This document shows, piece after piece, positions 33,771 through 48,000 of a DNA stretch of 64,000 nucleotides. The stretch is from Podarcis vaucheri. Its lineage: Eukaryota. A program made the translations under genes and the position numbers. Under the pieces are notes generated by a model. That model was given only the letters and a program-made list of their open reading frames with translations, had not been told where the DNA came from and made no database searches. Every line of letters begins with the position of its first letter. Positions within the stretch are counted from its first letter, which is position 1. Where the stretch lies: the NCBI GenBank assembly GCA_965113315.1, contig OZ220368.1, one strand, 5' to 3'.

Positions 33771-34960
33771 ACTTAGTGCATTAAGGGTAGTGTGAGGTAC
33801 AACATGGCCCAGCTGCTGCTGGGCTGTAAACTCCTGGCTACTAGTGAGCTATGGTCCCTTTCCTTAAGCATGCCCAATGTTGTTTCTGATGGTCATTCAT
33901 AGCTTTAAAAATGGCTGTTATGGGAGCTGTGCCTTTTGAAGCTGAGCCAAGCTATTGTAATTTACAGGAAGCATTAATGCTGAGTTGGAAATCAATAAAA
34001 TCCTTAAAATAGTGGGTGCCATGTTAAATATAAACTTAGTAAAACAAAGCTGTAAACCCTTTTTCTCTCTGGATCAAAAAAACCTAGCAGCATGCTTTTG
34101 ATAACCTCATTTACAACCATAGTATTGGTTTCTTTGGCAATGAAATTTGTGAACTTGTCAGAATATTAGAAGACTTTGGTCTGTGGTGCTTCACGTGAGT
34201 ACTTTCTGCACATCTCAGGCTAGCATGTTGAGCCCAGCCTGCTATTTTGTATGTACAGGTATTAGAAAATGTTTGCATGCTGGAGAGCATTCAGTTTCCT
34301 TTCTGCAGTCCAGCATCAGGTTCATCAAGTGAGACTTTGGATTGTGTATTTCGGCTCTTAGATGCCAATTCATTGTGTTGAAAATCCATTTGCTTCCACT
34401 GGCCCATAAACCCTTGTCTGCCTTTTCAGAAGTACGCGTCTTTCCTAAAATCCTTAAGAGGCAGTTTGCAGATCACTTTTGTCTTTGACTCATCCTTTCT
34501 AAATTTGGAAGCCTATTCATGACATCAATTCTGAAGGCCCACAGAATGCTTAGACAAATTGCTACTATTAGCATCCAGTGATTGCTCATTTTTAAAGCCA
34601 GGACCTTTGCTGGTTCAAGATAAATTTTTAAACGTCTACAGGTTTTATTGGGAGACAGAAATTGGACTATGGTAACTTGACATTAGTGCCTTGTGTTTGC
34701 TTTCATCACTGGGACGATATAAGTACTCACTTCACCAAGCACTACTGCTCTGCATGCAGTCCTTAATGCATTCTTCTTGGCTAACACAGATGAAGTGTGT
34801 TGGATTGTGCCCAGCATTGTTTCTTGTCTAGAAAGGTTGCCTGCTAAACCTACCATTTGCAGAAAGCCTGAACTATCGTTTTCCCAGTACTAACTCCTGA
34901 GCAGTTGACCACATGCATGCTCAGTTTGGCATTCATTTGACAGCACAGGTTTATTGTATC

Positions 34961-35405
34961 CAGGGTTCGAAATTAGCAGGGCTCCAGGCGCATTTTGCAC
35001 CTAAAGTTTTTGCATTTACAAGCACCTCAAAAAGTCTGGGTGCCATTTTTTGCATCTGGCTAACACTCGAGGATTACTGAAATGTATGTGCTTTGAAGCT
35101 TCGAAGTATATGTCAAGGATAGACAATATGTTAAGAAGTTTAACAATAAAGAGTGAAGTGTTTTGAGAGCTGAAGTATGGTACAAACATTTTTACTGTAA
35201 ACACCAAATTAAATATGTATTAACAATTTCTGTTAAAATGTAATATTAACCATGTTTCTCTTATGGGAATTGCATATTAGTTCATGCTTATCAAAATAAT
35301 AAATAAAAATTTATTTATTTATTGTTGCTGAGGCCCCCCCATGACATTTAAACATTCTGTTTTGGTGCCTACAACCCAGCTTTTCTATCCCAGTTCCTAA
35401 CACTG
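34961..35405. mobile_element. hAT non-autonomous element, 445 bp
   Basis: Perfect 8-bp TSD ATTGTATC (34953-34960 / 35406-35413); imperfect TIRs CAGGGTT / AACACTG. Confidence 0.7.
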
Positions 35406-35847
35406 ATTGTATCCAAATGGAAGGCTTGTGTAGACTGTACGCACTCTACCTGAAGTTGTGCAAGAGTACTTTTACTATTTTCCCAGAAACCCAAAGATAC
35501 TTGTAGAATAGTCTTATAAGTATTTGTCCTTAAATACATGACACAGTGTAATATGTGTTGTTCATCAGAGGTTGTATTTACCTAATTTTAAGACCTGCTA
35601 AGGAACAGATAATTGTTATTACCCGGTATGTCCTGATGTGTAAAACCACAGAATTCAAAGAGGGTGTACTTTCTTTTTTCCCATGACTGTAAGGTGTTGG
35701 TGGCATCTCAATTGAATATTTTATGTGGAAAGGTTGGGAAGCAATTGATTCTCTCCTTTTTCTTTTCTTTTTAAGGTAAAAATTCAAGCACTTGCACAGA
35801 AATAGCCTGCATTCAAAGCCAAGTTTACCTGCAGCAATTAGCTTTGG

Positions 35848-36052
35848 ATGGAAGTCAATATGTCTCAAGTTCAAATCCAGAATCCGTCTGCTGCTCTTTC
35901 TAGCAGCCAAATACTAAACAAGAACCAATCACTTGCACAGCCTTTGAGTATTCCTTCTCCCACTAGCTCTTTGCCCTCTGAAAATGCAGGTAGACCTATT
36001 CAAAATTCTGCTTTACCCTCTGCATCTGTTACATCTACCAGTGTAGCTGCAG
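35848..36052 (+). CDS. STAU1: STAU1 first coding exon (exon starts about 35776): [18 protein letters not shown]...STSVAA
   Basis: In-frame TAG at 35803 upstream; ATGs at 35848 and 35860; donor GTAAGC. Confidence 0.92.
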
Positions 36053-39000
36053 GTAAGCCTGAAAATTTATTTGGTATATTTCAATGATAATGTGAGTGTC
36101 AAATGCCGTAAAAGAAAATGCCAGGTCCTAATACCCATGCTGTTCATATTCTGCTTGTTTAATGAAGTTGTTTTGGAAATAGTGAAAATTATAAGGAGAA
36201 ATGTTTGATGGAACAAACAGAGATAAGATTAAAACAAATGGCTAAAATGGCTTTATAAATATTTTATATCGTCAAACTCACTGTTCCATCGTTCTGGTTC
36301 TGTACAGTGTTTTCTGATCATGGGTTTAGCCATGAAGACATGTATAACAAGGATTGTTCCAGAGAGCTTCCTTTCTAATATAGAGTGGTTTATGCTAGTA
36401 ACTTAACTGTAGTTAAGTAATTTACTAGTAATTTACTTCATTGACTACATGTGTGCATTTGCCATTTGCTCTCTTCAATCTGGCAAACTAAGGTTTCAGG
36501 TATCCCTCCAAACGAAAATTGCAAACTGATTTAGAATATCTTTGGAATGTACACACCCATTATGTGTTTATCATCATGGGTGGTGGCATAATTCTTAAAT
36601 AGTGTGGCATTCCATAAGCACTGACCATTAAAAATGTATGGCATTTTGATTGCACTGTTCTGGTCATCTATAGCCTCTGGCCACTAGAAAAGCCTAGCTT
36701 TGTACTTCCAGAACCCCTTGAGAATTTGGGGAAGCAGGAGTTAACGGCAATGCTCCACTCAAGGCTTATCCAGAGGCTACAGATTACCAATTCTCTGTGC
36801 AATTAAAGTATGCCTCATGTGATTCCACTTTCAGAATATTGAATCCTGGAAGACACAGAGTTTTCATGGGTTGGGCTCCCTTGTTTGTACAAACTAAGCT
36901 TCTGTAAAGCTTATTGGGCTATGTGTTCTTGTTTTCTTCCAAATTGGGATGACTGGCAAAATGGAAACTATACCTGGGACGAAGCACTCAAATGGGACAC
37001 CCTTTTTAAAGTAGAAGCAGAGACCATTAAGTATTAAAAATGAGAAATTAAGAATATAAATACCTGTGAAGCAGCTTCATTCTTAGGGAGAGAGAAGCTG
37101 TCAGATTAGGACCAAATATGTCCTGGCAGTGGAGGAACTTTCTGAACAGTGTGTTCTGAACCTGAAGCTGTGTAGGTTAAACAAGAGGCCTATGGCTTTC
37201 AAACATCAACTTAGGATGCAGGCACCTAGCTAGTTTTGTTGCAAAGCAAATTAGTTTGATCTTTCCTTATATTGCAACTGCAACATTCACTTGCTGTCTG
37301 ATCCTTAGAGTTAGTCTTACAATCAACTTTTATCTGGCATTCTGGACAACTAAATTAACATTCTCTGAAACCAATTTACTTTGGGCATCTTCTGTAGAAA
37401 GCCGCTTAATTTTATAAGTCTAAGCTTCTGTGCGGTGTTTTCCCAGCTTTGAGTGCTAAAGTCCTTAAGTGCTTCTGTGAATGTAGAATAATACTAAGAG
37501 ATCAGATTGATTTCTCCATGCTGAAGTAGCTATTGGTCTTTTCTTTTCAGTTCCTTCTAACATGGCAAACCCCAAAGAGAAAACCCCAATGTGTCTTGTG
37601 AATGAGTTAGCCCGTTTTAACAAGATTCAGCCTGAGTATAAGCTTTTGAGTGAGCAGGGTCCAGCTCACTCGAAGGTAAACATTGCCTGTCTGACTTCCA
37701 TATTTATAGTAAAGCGATGACTTGAATGTGTTTTTGTGTGTGTGTGTTTGAAGTAAAACAAAACGTGAGAGGTCTGTTAGCTTGACACAGCTTCCAGTGC
37801 ACAGCTTGATTTTATTTTTAAGCTGGTACTACTAATATAACTCAGTGAGCGTTATTTATTTATTATCTTCCACACACATCTCAGGGCACTGTACAAAATG
37901 TAATGAAAACAGTTAAATGCACAGAAAATAACAGCAGATAAAAGAAAAAACAATATCAAGTATTCAACCAGCTTGGAAGGGTGGGAAGTAGTGTAGGTTT
38001 GGCCCTTTGCTGAAATCCAGCTGGCTTAAGCAGGTAGTTGTACCTTCACCCCAGTATCCAAACCCAGCTGTAAAAGAAAACGGAGGGGGGAGGAAATAGT
38101 AAAGGAGAAGTCCAATAAAGCACACTGTTTGGAAACGGCAGCATGCAATTCAAAGTACTTATTTTATCATTTATAGCCTTGCATGGCCTCAGGCCCTGCA
38201 TTCCCACAAGAGCTTTCAAGGTTTCCAGATTTCTTTGCTGTAGGAAGCAACTTACTGGGCGGCATTCGATAATGTGGTAGGGAGGAAGGGCCTTGGAGGT
38301 CTCACTGTGCACATGGTAGCTGTGCATACAGCCTTCTGGATCCCTTTGATTCTGTGTATTACTTTCACAAAGTCCTTGGCCACAATAGAAAAAAACATTT
38401 TAAATACATTGGATACTTTTACAACAATTCGTGCGACTTTTCTTTCCTGTGGTTTAATAGTGTTTCATGAAGTATTTGCTTTAGAGCAGGCATGTCCAAC
38501 CGGTAGATTGTCTTCGGTAGGTCATTGGTAGATCACTGGCTCCCCCAAAGAAGCTCAGCAACTTTGGCTCCCCTAAAAAAACCTCAGTTAAGGCCTGCAC
38601 CCCCCAAAAATGGGGCTTTCCTGCTCCCTAAAAAAGCTCAGCAACTTTGACCTGAACCCCCCCAAAAGGGGGTAGATCACTGCCAGTTTTTTTAACTCTG
38701 TGAGTAGATTTCAGTCTCTTGGGAATTGGCCACCCCTGCTTTAGAGTGATCAGTGTTGTACCTGTGCCTTTTGACCTGTGTGTGTTCAGACTATTAAAAT
38801 ATCACACACATGCAAGATCAGGCGGTGAGTTGTTGTTGCAGTAAAGACTTCTTTCTCATTCTTAGGTGTTTACAGTGCAGCTGACTCTTGGGGACCAGCA
38901 CTGGGAAGCTGAAGGAACTAGTATTAAGAAAGCTCAACATGCAGCTGCTGCCAAAGCTTTGGAAGGGACGAGATTTCCTAAACCTACAGCTCGCCCATCA

Positions 39001-42000
39001 CGTAATGAAGGAAAGAACCCAGGTACATACAGCTAACATGGGTTGTACAGTGATGTGAGCCATCACTTGATGTTGCAGTGGGAACTGCACACCTAAGCTG
39101 CCCCTGAGTTATATAATTGCATCCTATGGCGTGATGATCATGTTTAAGTATTTGTAACAAATCTTTATATGCCGTGTAATATAAAAAAATTCAAGGCCGT
39201 TTACATGGAAACAATAAAAATACAATATTCAATAAAATTTCCTAAAGAACAGCAAAAAAACCTATATACCACATGACAACAGCCAATTCCTGGTTATATG
39301 ACAGCCAGAAACTTCCCACTACCTGAACACAGGTGTGCTAAAGTAGCATACAATTGTGTCGGCTGATACCCATTTGTGCAATCAGCTTTTAGCCCTCTGA
39401 ATCCAAAGTTCTGTGGTTAAAAATTCCGGATTCCAGAATGCTTCCACTACTTAGACTTGGAAGGCTTTGCTTGGCATTATTTTATTAATTAATAAATTTG
39501 TATCCCACCCTACATCAGTTGATCTTGGAGTGGGGTACCTATTCCATAAAACAGTTAGTGCAATAAAACAGGATAAAATGTCAATCATCAATCAAACCAC
39601 ATCCTAGGCAGATCCCACTCCAGACTATAATTGGCATGACCCAAACACCAGGGTAAACAGGCTTAACCTGCTGCCAAAAAGAATCCACCACTGGTGTCTG
39701 CTGAGTATCCAAGTTAGACTAAGTCATGCTTTTATCAATAAGTCGTGGTGCCTTTTGCCATCTTTGCATCTTGCCCCTGGAATTTTCTCTAAAGCTGAAT
39801 GGTGTATGCATTGTTAGCCTCGACAAGGGAGCAGGAATGTGATAAAGTGATGGTGCAAAGTTACTACTTAACCTCACAGTTCTTTTCAGGGTTTCACTGG
39901 AGCACAAAACCTTGATAGTTCTGTTTATTTTCCATATTCTCATCCAGTTTTTCAGACATACATTGTCTCCCCAAGAGGCTCATTAAAAAAAAAGAAGAGA
40001 CATGCCCTGCCATTAGACTTACAGACTAGAAAGGCAAGGTTTACAGGGGCAGGGAAGTAAAAGGCAAAAGAGGAAGATTGGTTCAAGCCCTGCACAAAGT
40101 GGTGAGCTACAGGCATTTATATCCAGGTTGGGCCAAGTTGGTTTTCCTTTGCTGGTGTTCTTGCTTGGACATCAATTGGTTGGGGTAGTGTCTTCTTTCC
40201 TCTTGCTTTTGCAGTCTCAGGCAGCTGGGAAGCCAAGTGTTCTTTCGGCAAATAAGATGGGGGAATAGAGCTTCCAGCAACTCTGCTTGTTTCGGTTGCT
40301 CTCCAGTTGCCATGATGTTGTTTGTGAGGCAGTGGTCCGGCCTTCTAGTAATCCTTGATTCCCAACAGCAGGGACTAGAGTGTGCCACCCTCCAGCTCTG
40401 CAGCCCCAGGAGAACTCTTTAAGTATCAGTCATTTTACTATTTATAAAAAAGGAGCAAACCAAAAACCCAGCGCTGTCTCAGGGAGAAATTTAGTAATGT
40501 TACCCAAAGCCAGTATCATGAGTAGCTTGAGTCTGAATTGACCTAAAGACATATAATTGTAACTTAAACATAAAAAGAAAGTATTGAAGGAAAACAGGAT
40601 TTACTTTGCACTGTGAAAGTGATACGGACAAGGAATTGGCTAGCTTCTTAACTTTATGGCTGCAAGGATTGTTACCACTTAGAATTGGAAATATTTGTAA
40701 GGCGCATTGATGGACGCTTAGTACAAAAATAAGTGGCAATTTGCAGTGTCTGAGAAGCTGGCTGAAAACAATTCATTTGAGCAAGGAACAAATTAAAAAA
40801 CTAATAAACTCATTTTCCATTGTGTGGTATGGCTTTCTTGTGCACATGAACGGAGAGACCAGCACCAAACTGGTCCTGGCATGTGCAAGTATATATAAAT
40901 CAAAGCCAGTCTGGACGTTCACTTCAGAATATTAGCTCTGTTCTTCCTCTACTGTGCTTCGCCTAGTAGACCCTGTGGAAAAGCCAGAAGAGTAATAATG
41001 GGGCCATATGGAACTAAATAATTGTGCTAGCTCAAGGTGTGCCCTGTGTCATCCCCAAATCTGCTCCAGAAGAGGGCTGGGGGAAAGCCAAGAAAGGATT
41101 TAGGAGGGTAGCAGAGGGAGAGGGATCCGTTGCAAAAGGGACAATCCTTGCACTGATTGAACATATCACTATGTAGAAAACTACCCATATTTCATATGGT
41201 ATTTTCATTTCTGTTACCTACATTGGTTTTCTTTATTCCTCTTATGTAAAAAAACAAAAACAAAAAACATTCCACTATATAATACTAAATATTTCCAAAA
41301 CTGAGAAAAGATAAGAAATGTATACAAATGCGTACTTTCTGCTCTGTCTGAAGTTATTTACCCAGGAACAGCCCCCAATGTTTGCAGAAAATACTATTGT
41401 TTATTTACACCATGCTTGCAGTAAGTCAAACAGGGATAAATGGAAACGGGAAGCTTTTCCCATGTCTACCATACTTCCACTGAAAGCACTCTGGGCAACA
41501 GGTTAGTCTCATAAGAAAAGGGGATGGCTAAATGCATATTTGACATGGCCAGCCCAGGTCAGCCACAGTGAGGCAGTTTCAGGCTTGATCCAGTTGTAGT
41601 GTGTGCAGATAAGGTTTCCTAATCTTACACTAATGCAGGTAGGAGGCAGTTCTCTCCCCTGGCTACATGATGGACCATTAACACACCTGGCTATGATTGT
41701 AACAAATTCGCCAGCAAAGAAATCAAGCAAGCAGCTAACTAGGGAGAGACTTAGAGTTTAGAGGAAAAAGTTGGTTTGCCTGAAGAAGCTAACACAATTT
41801 AAAAGACTTTTGTCACAGGGAGTGCAGACGATGGCATGGTGCTCTCCTTTACCAGATGATGATAATCCTAGAAATCGGGGATTAAATGGTAGGTTGCAGG
41901 ACTTGGTTGCCCATAGAGTAATAACCCTATGAGTTAGTTGTAATTAGCTTTCCTTGAAGGGAAATTACATCATTTTGATGCATGGAATGAGCTTGGAAAT

Positions 42001-45000
42001 AGGTAGTTTGTGCCACCAAGATCCTGGATGTGCTGTGGAATTTTTATTTTACATTTTTTCCTTTTGAGAACAGATCCCCATGCCATGTCACAAACTGCTT
42101 CCAAAACTCCTTGGTGTCAAGGGAAGATTGCTAGGGATGGGTGGGTAAGGGGACGCTGCTGTTTTTGACAGTTGACAGCTCATGTAGACTTGCTGAAATG
42201 TGTGGGTCTTCAGTAAATCTCCCAACTCCTTGCCTTTCTCTAATGTCCCTGGCTCTGCTGCCATCTGTCCTCAACTATGGTTGCTCTTGCCTCTCCATAC
42301 CATGCTTTTTAGTCTTCCTTCCCAGCTTTGTTTTAAGCAGTTTCCGGGGTGGGGGGGAGAGGTCTTAGATAAGAACATGCAGCTTTAAGATACCAGGCAG
42401 CAACATCTCCTGTCTTCCCTTAATTTGGTTCACAGTAACACATTTTCTACTGATAGACATTGGATAAAAGCCTTATTCAAGTGTGCTTTATTGCATTTTG
42501 TTGCTTTTTATCTGTAGAATATGAGCTTTTACAACTCATATTGCCGGACAGTTGTGTAAGTCTCTGGGGAAATAGTGATATTTAATCAAGACAAAGAAAT
42601 CTAGAGAGCTATTTGTGGCTTTTGAGGTCTTTCAGAATCTTGGATGGAGTCCAGAGAGCTCCATGCATGTGCTTAATATGCCTCCATGCACTTGTAAAGG
42701 ATTTGTGTGTTTTTTTGTCCCCTTCCAGCTGCAGCCCCTTGCACTGCACCAGATGCTGCTATGGAGCTTTCTCTGACCTTCATAGTGACTTCTGAAGCAC
42801 ATAGGCTATGGCCTGGGGTGGTTGTTGGGGGCATGGATGCTGGAATGCTCCAGCTCACTTGAAGCCCAGGTGTAGATTTTGGATTTCTGCCATTGATTTT
42901 AATTCTCCAGAACTGCGAATTTGCAAACCGTGCCGCGGTACTATGCAAATAAGAAGAGGCTGGCAGTCAGATAAAAGACCAATGTGGGCAGCATGTGAGC
43001 TCTCAGTGAGGGGAAAAGGTGTTTATATTAAACCAAGCATGTGTAATGCAAGCTTTTGTAGTAATGATAGCCTTCAGTTTGAAGAACATCATGTCTTCTA
43101 TATTCTATGCATATAGTGCTAGGCTTTCCAGTCAAATGCCAATATTTAAATATCAGTTTGCAAATACAAATCAAGTTATATGCTGCAGCAAAAAAATCTA
43201 TTCACATGGCATTTGCATTAACACTTGGTTTCTGTAAAATAAGCATGCCTCCCCTGAACAAATTTAAATGACAAATTGCTTTCTGTCCCTATTTAATACA
43301 CATGACCTTCTCTTCCTACCACCCATCCCTTTGATGCTTCTCAAGTTTACTCCTAGCTATCAAGGGAATGAATGTCTGGGGCACAGTGTGGAATTCTCTC
43401 TGACCTCCACCTTTAACACTTGCTTTATCTTCTTCTCTTTAGATAGTGTAACCCCCACAGTGGAGCTGAATGCGCTTTGTATGAAGCTGGGAAAGAAACC
43501 AATGTACAAGCCTATAGATCCTTACACAGAGATGAGGTCCACTTACAACTACAGTATGAGAGGTGGTGCTTATCCCCCACGGTATGTCATGCTATTATTC
43601 ACTCTCCTGTAATGAAGTCCTCTGATCACACTCTTTCAAATTCACAATTTTGGTGCTTCTGAAGAATACTGCACTTGTCTTCCTAGTATAGTGATTCTCA
43701 GAATTATTTCTCTGGGCCACACTTTCAGAATAAAGATTTGCTTGTGCCATGCTGCACCTTTTTTTTTTTGATAAGAAATACATTGAAAAACAAAAAGGAA
43801 CAATTCCTACCAGTGCTTGACTTAGAACAGCAGAACACAAGTGCTTTATAGTATGATCACGTGACATCCAAAAAGCATTAAACAAGGCAGCTACATAAGA
43901 ACATGAATCATTCCCAAAATATAATTATAAATGAACCTCTTACATATGTACCTTAAGTACGTTTATGATCTTGCTTTTGCTGAGTAATCTCATTTATATT
44001 AGGTCTAATTTGAGAGAACCAAACTCTCATCTCGTCATCAACACAAAGAATCCTTTCTCTTTTCTAATCTTTTGTATTATGGCAGGCTTAATCATTTTGT
44101 CAGCTATTGTATGTGGTTTATTATTATTAATTAAATTTGTATACCACCCTTCGTCCGTAGATTACAGGGTGGTTTTGTCTGTTGAGCAGTCAATTCAGCC
44201 GTTTGGTAAGCTATAATTTGCATCTTATCTGAGACTTCTACTCCTTTTTCAAAACAAGATCATTGACATTTCTGCTGTTCCAAAAGCCTTTCAAAATATT
44301 GAAAATTCTTGTTTGCCAGATTTCCATGTTTGACAACAGATGTCTTCATCTTGTCTGGGGCCATATTGGAATGGGAAAAGCTTCCCACCACAGGAAACAC
44401 GTGGCTGAAGGACATTTTCCTCTCCATTCCATGTGAAATAAAGACTCAAAATAGCTATCCGCATATTGTCGACAAGCTTTCTTGTTTGGATGTTTGCTTG
44501 GGCCTGCTACCAGTGTCAAATTAAATGGGTCTTCTCTAGCACTCTGTTCGAACGGTGATTTTGGATCACAACTAGGATTGTCCTCAATATCACTTGATGC
44601 TTTTGATCTCATTTTGAAAATATATCTATCCATATCCTGCAAATTTAAATAAATAAATTGATACTCTACTCTACTACACTAAAATGTTAAAATATTTATT
44701 TGATGATTGTTATTGAACCTTCCTGCCACACTTGCCATCCTCTCCTGCTACGCAAGTCTGGCATGCCACACCCTTTGAGAAGCAGTGTCCTAGGACAAGC
44801 AGGTTTTATGCACGAGCTGCACAGACAGTTAAAAGGCAACCATTCAAAACATCTGGTTCCACAATACAGTCATACCTCGGGTTACAGGCGTTTCAGGTTG
44901 CGTTTTTTTGGGTTACGGACCGCTGAAACCCGGAAGTACCGGAACGGGTTACTTCCGGGTTTCGGTGGTTGTGCATGCACAGAAGCACCAAATCGCAACC

Positions 45001-48000
45001 CGTGCGTTCACAGACGCGCTGCTGCAGGTTGCAAACATGCATCCCGCATGGATCACGTTCTCAACCCAAGTGTCCACTGTAATGGCCAGCTATTGCTGCA
45101 CTGCAAAACCCCAAATCTGGATCACCAAAATAATACCACGGCCTTTCCAAGCTTAGCTATAGTGAAGAAGAAAAAATGGGTGATTCAGCTGCCCAAAGAT
45201 CCATGGTATCTGAAATAGGGGACACACCAGAGAAACGGCTGAGAGCCAAGATCCACTTAGAGGAGCAGAATTTTGCGAGAAGGAGGGGGTTGCACCCCTC
45301 AGCCTTTCTGAGCCACTACATTTGGTGTAGCGAATGGGAGTACGCCTGCTGCACACTATTGGAGAATGAGATGGTTGGCACTTTGCCCCCAAGCCAATTA
45401 AGCCACACTTCTACAGCCTCCTGGCAACAGCCTCAGTCTCCCTGATGAGGCTTCATAAACGCTTTTAGAACTCTTTATTTAAAGCACCCCATTCTCTTTG
45501 TTTCTCGATGCAAAGGGAAAACTGGTTTCATGCCGTCTTACCCTTTATTTATAAAACTCTTTACAAAATGTCAAGGTCATATACAGCAACGTATGCAGAT
45601 ACAACAAAATATAAAATACTATTGAAAAATAATAATTAAAATCACTGGCTCGGCTTAAGAAAACGTAAACAACCGAATAGGCCTGCTGGAATAAAAAGGT
45701 CTTCAAAGAACACTTGAAAACTAGCAGCAAAGGTGTATTCCGCAGAATGGGACTGGCAGCACTAAATCCTTGAATTCTGGTTGTAGCCGGTTGGACTGCT
45801 GAATAACTAACACCACTCCTGGATTATCTCTGTGATCAAGCTGAGATATAAGGGCTCAGGTTGTCCTTAAGCTATTATGGACCCAAGCTGTTGAAAGGAG
45901 CCATACACCTTTTTCTTATTTTTTGCTCCCAAATCTTTTCCTTTGCAGTGTGACAGACATCCCTGCAACCTCCTCCTCCAAAAAGCAACATCATTCCAAA
46001 ATTTGAAAACAAAAACTAGGAAGTGAAAATTGAAGGATGGTGGTCTGCATTTTTGGGGGGAAGATGGGGTCACACGACACTAAACAGCCAGTCTCCTTTT
46101 TCTTGTAGGTTCAGTTGGCCTAAATAAAGTGGGCAGAATTTATGGGCCTGAGCTTGTAACTTTTAAAAAAACAAATGTTCTATTGAATGTAGCCAAATAT
46201 ATTAATAGCTTAACTTGCTGGTTGAGTTCAGAAATGTTTAATCCGTGTTGGTTGCTTTGTGCTTCTGGCTTTAATGTTAATGCTTCTAGTCATGCAGTGT
46301 CTGCACTGTAAGTGCTGCAGTCAAACTTTTGAGGGCCAACAGTTGACGCATTGTGTTCAGTGCTGTTTCTCCACTTAACGCTTTATTTGAGCCCTGTCTG
46401 CTGGCAAGGATGACCTTGTACACCCCCCCTCCAGGCCTGAAATGTCAAGTCTTTCTCTTTTCAGGTACTTCTATCCATTTCCTGTGGGACCCTGGCTCTA
46501 CCAAGTGGAGCTCTCCATCGGGGGACAGCAGTTTCACGGGAAAGGAAGAACAAGACAGGCTGCTAAACATGACGCGGCTGCTAAAGCACTGAAAATCCTG
46601 CAAAATGAGCCCTTGCCTGAAAAACCGGAGGTAGTGTGTCTAAAACATAGTAGAAGTTAACTGTTTTGAAATTAGCTTTTTGGTTTGCCCCCAAATACTG
46701 TTGCTTTAATGTGTGAAGGCTTGCACTCACATGTTTTTCTGTCGCTTATGATAAGCCTGTCTGTGGCACTTGGTGGTTCCCCTATTTAGCCATAGTGAAC
46801 TGTGGTACCTCTCTGCTTGACAGCCCTGTCGCTAATGAAGTGTAAATGCATCAGTTACTCAAGTGCTAGCAAGGTAAAGAGGGAAGATATTTGCAGACTT
46901 TTGGCCTCCAAGGCTGCTATTCTTTCCTTCTCCGTTCCTTGCATTGCCCCAAGGCAGACCCAACCAGCCAGCTGCTCCTCACTGGTTTTAAGCATCTCAG
47001 CCTAGAGAATGTGTCACAGATACAGCAGGTCTCATAAAATGGTGCCTCGGTCATTGCGTGGCTTAACTATATTGCATTGTGAAAATTACAGCTTCAAAGT
47101 CAAGGCTTTGGGGTATATAAGTGGATATACCCAGAATTTGGAGCGAGGGTGGGAAATGAGCTCGATATTTGGATTTGGTAGTAAGTTTAAAAAACGAATT
47201 TGGGCCCCAGGTTATATTTAGTTCAGTTTAGAATAACGGAGAGTACACAATGGCATAACTCGAGGTAGATCTATAGTCAAGTCTGTGCTGGAGTTAAATT
47301 GATTTCAGATCAAGTCTTTGAGACACTGTAGAAATTGTGATTGGGAGACCAGTTTTCCCACAGAGTATATTTAAGTAGTACTGGAACAGCAACTGGAATT
47401 CTATAAATAGGTTCCACGCAGTGTTGGCTGCAGAACGTTATTGTTAAAGCTGTCACTACTTTGAAAATACAGCATAATTCTTTTCCGTAATCATCAGCAT
47501 CAGAACTGCATTGAAACTCCATATTCTGCCCTACCCATTACTTGGGTTACATGAAGAATAATATAGCCAGCTTGCAGCAGAAGCAGAACTGAATTACTGG
47601 CATCGTCTCATTTCGCAGATGCATCTGGGTGAACATTAAACTGCTTAATTTGGCATTGCCTTAGAAGTTGCCTGAAGTATTAACCTTAATACAGTTTACT
47701 TTGACCAGCATCAGTTCTTCAGGGGCTTGGATCAAGCAGCCTTCTGACACTGCTCTCTAAGGCCTTCTAAATTAGAGAGATCAAAATTTGGGACCTTCAT
47801 ACGTTCCATGTGCATAGACATTTCTTAAATAGTGTGTTGAGTTTTTTCTTCCTCTACCCCTTACATTATTTCCTGTTTACGGCAAAATAAAATGCTAAAC
47901 AACTGTTCTCTGCTTTAACTTCTCTTACATTCTCATTTGCTCCGCTAGCTAGCTCCAATTAACTTAATTTTGCATGATAGTTATTTGGAAAGATTATTGT

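Noticed and set aside
44700-45218. 172-aa ORF inside a STAU1 intron
   Set aside because: Reads through a Tigger-like MITE; no transposase or other domain motifs.
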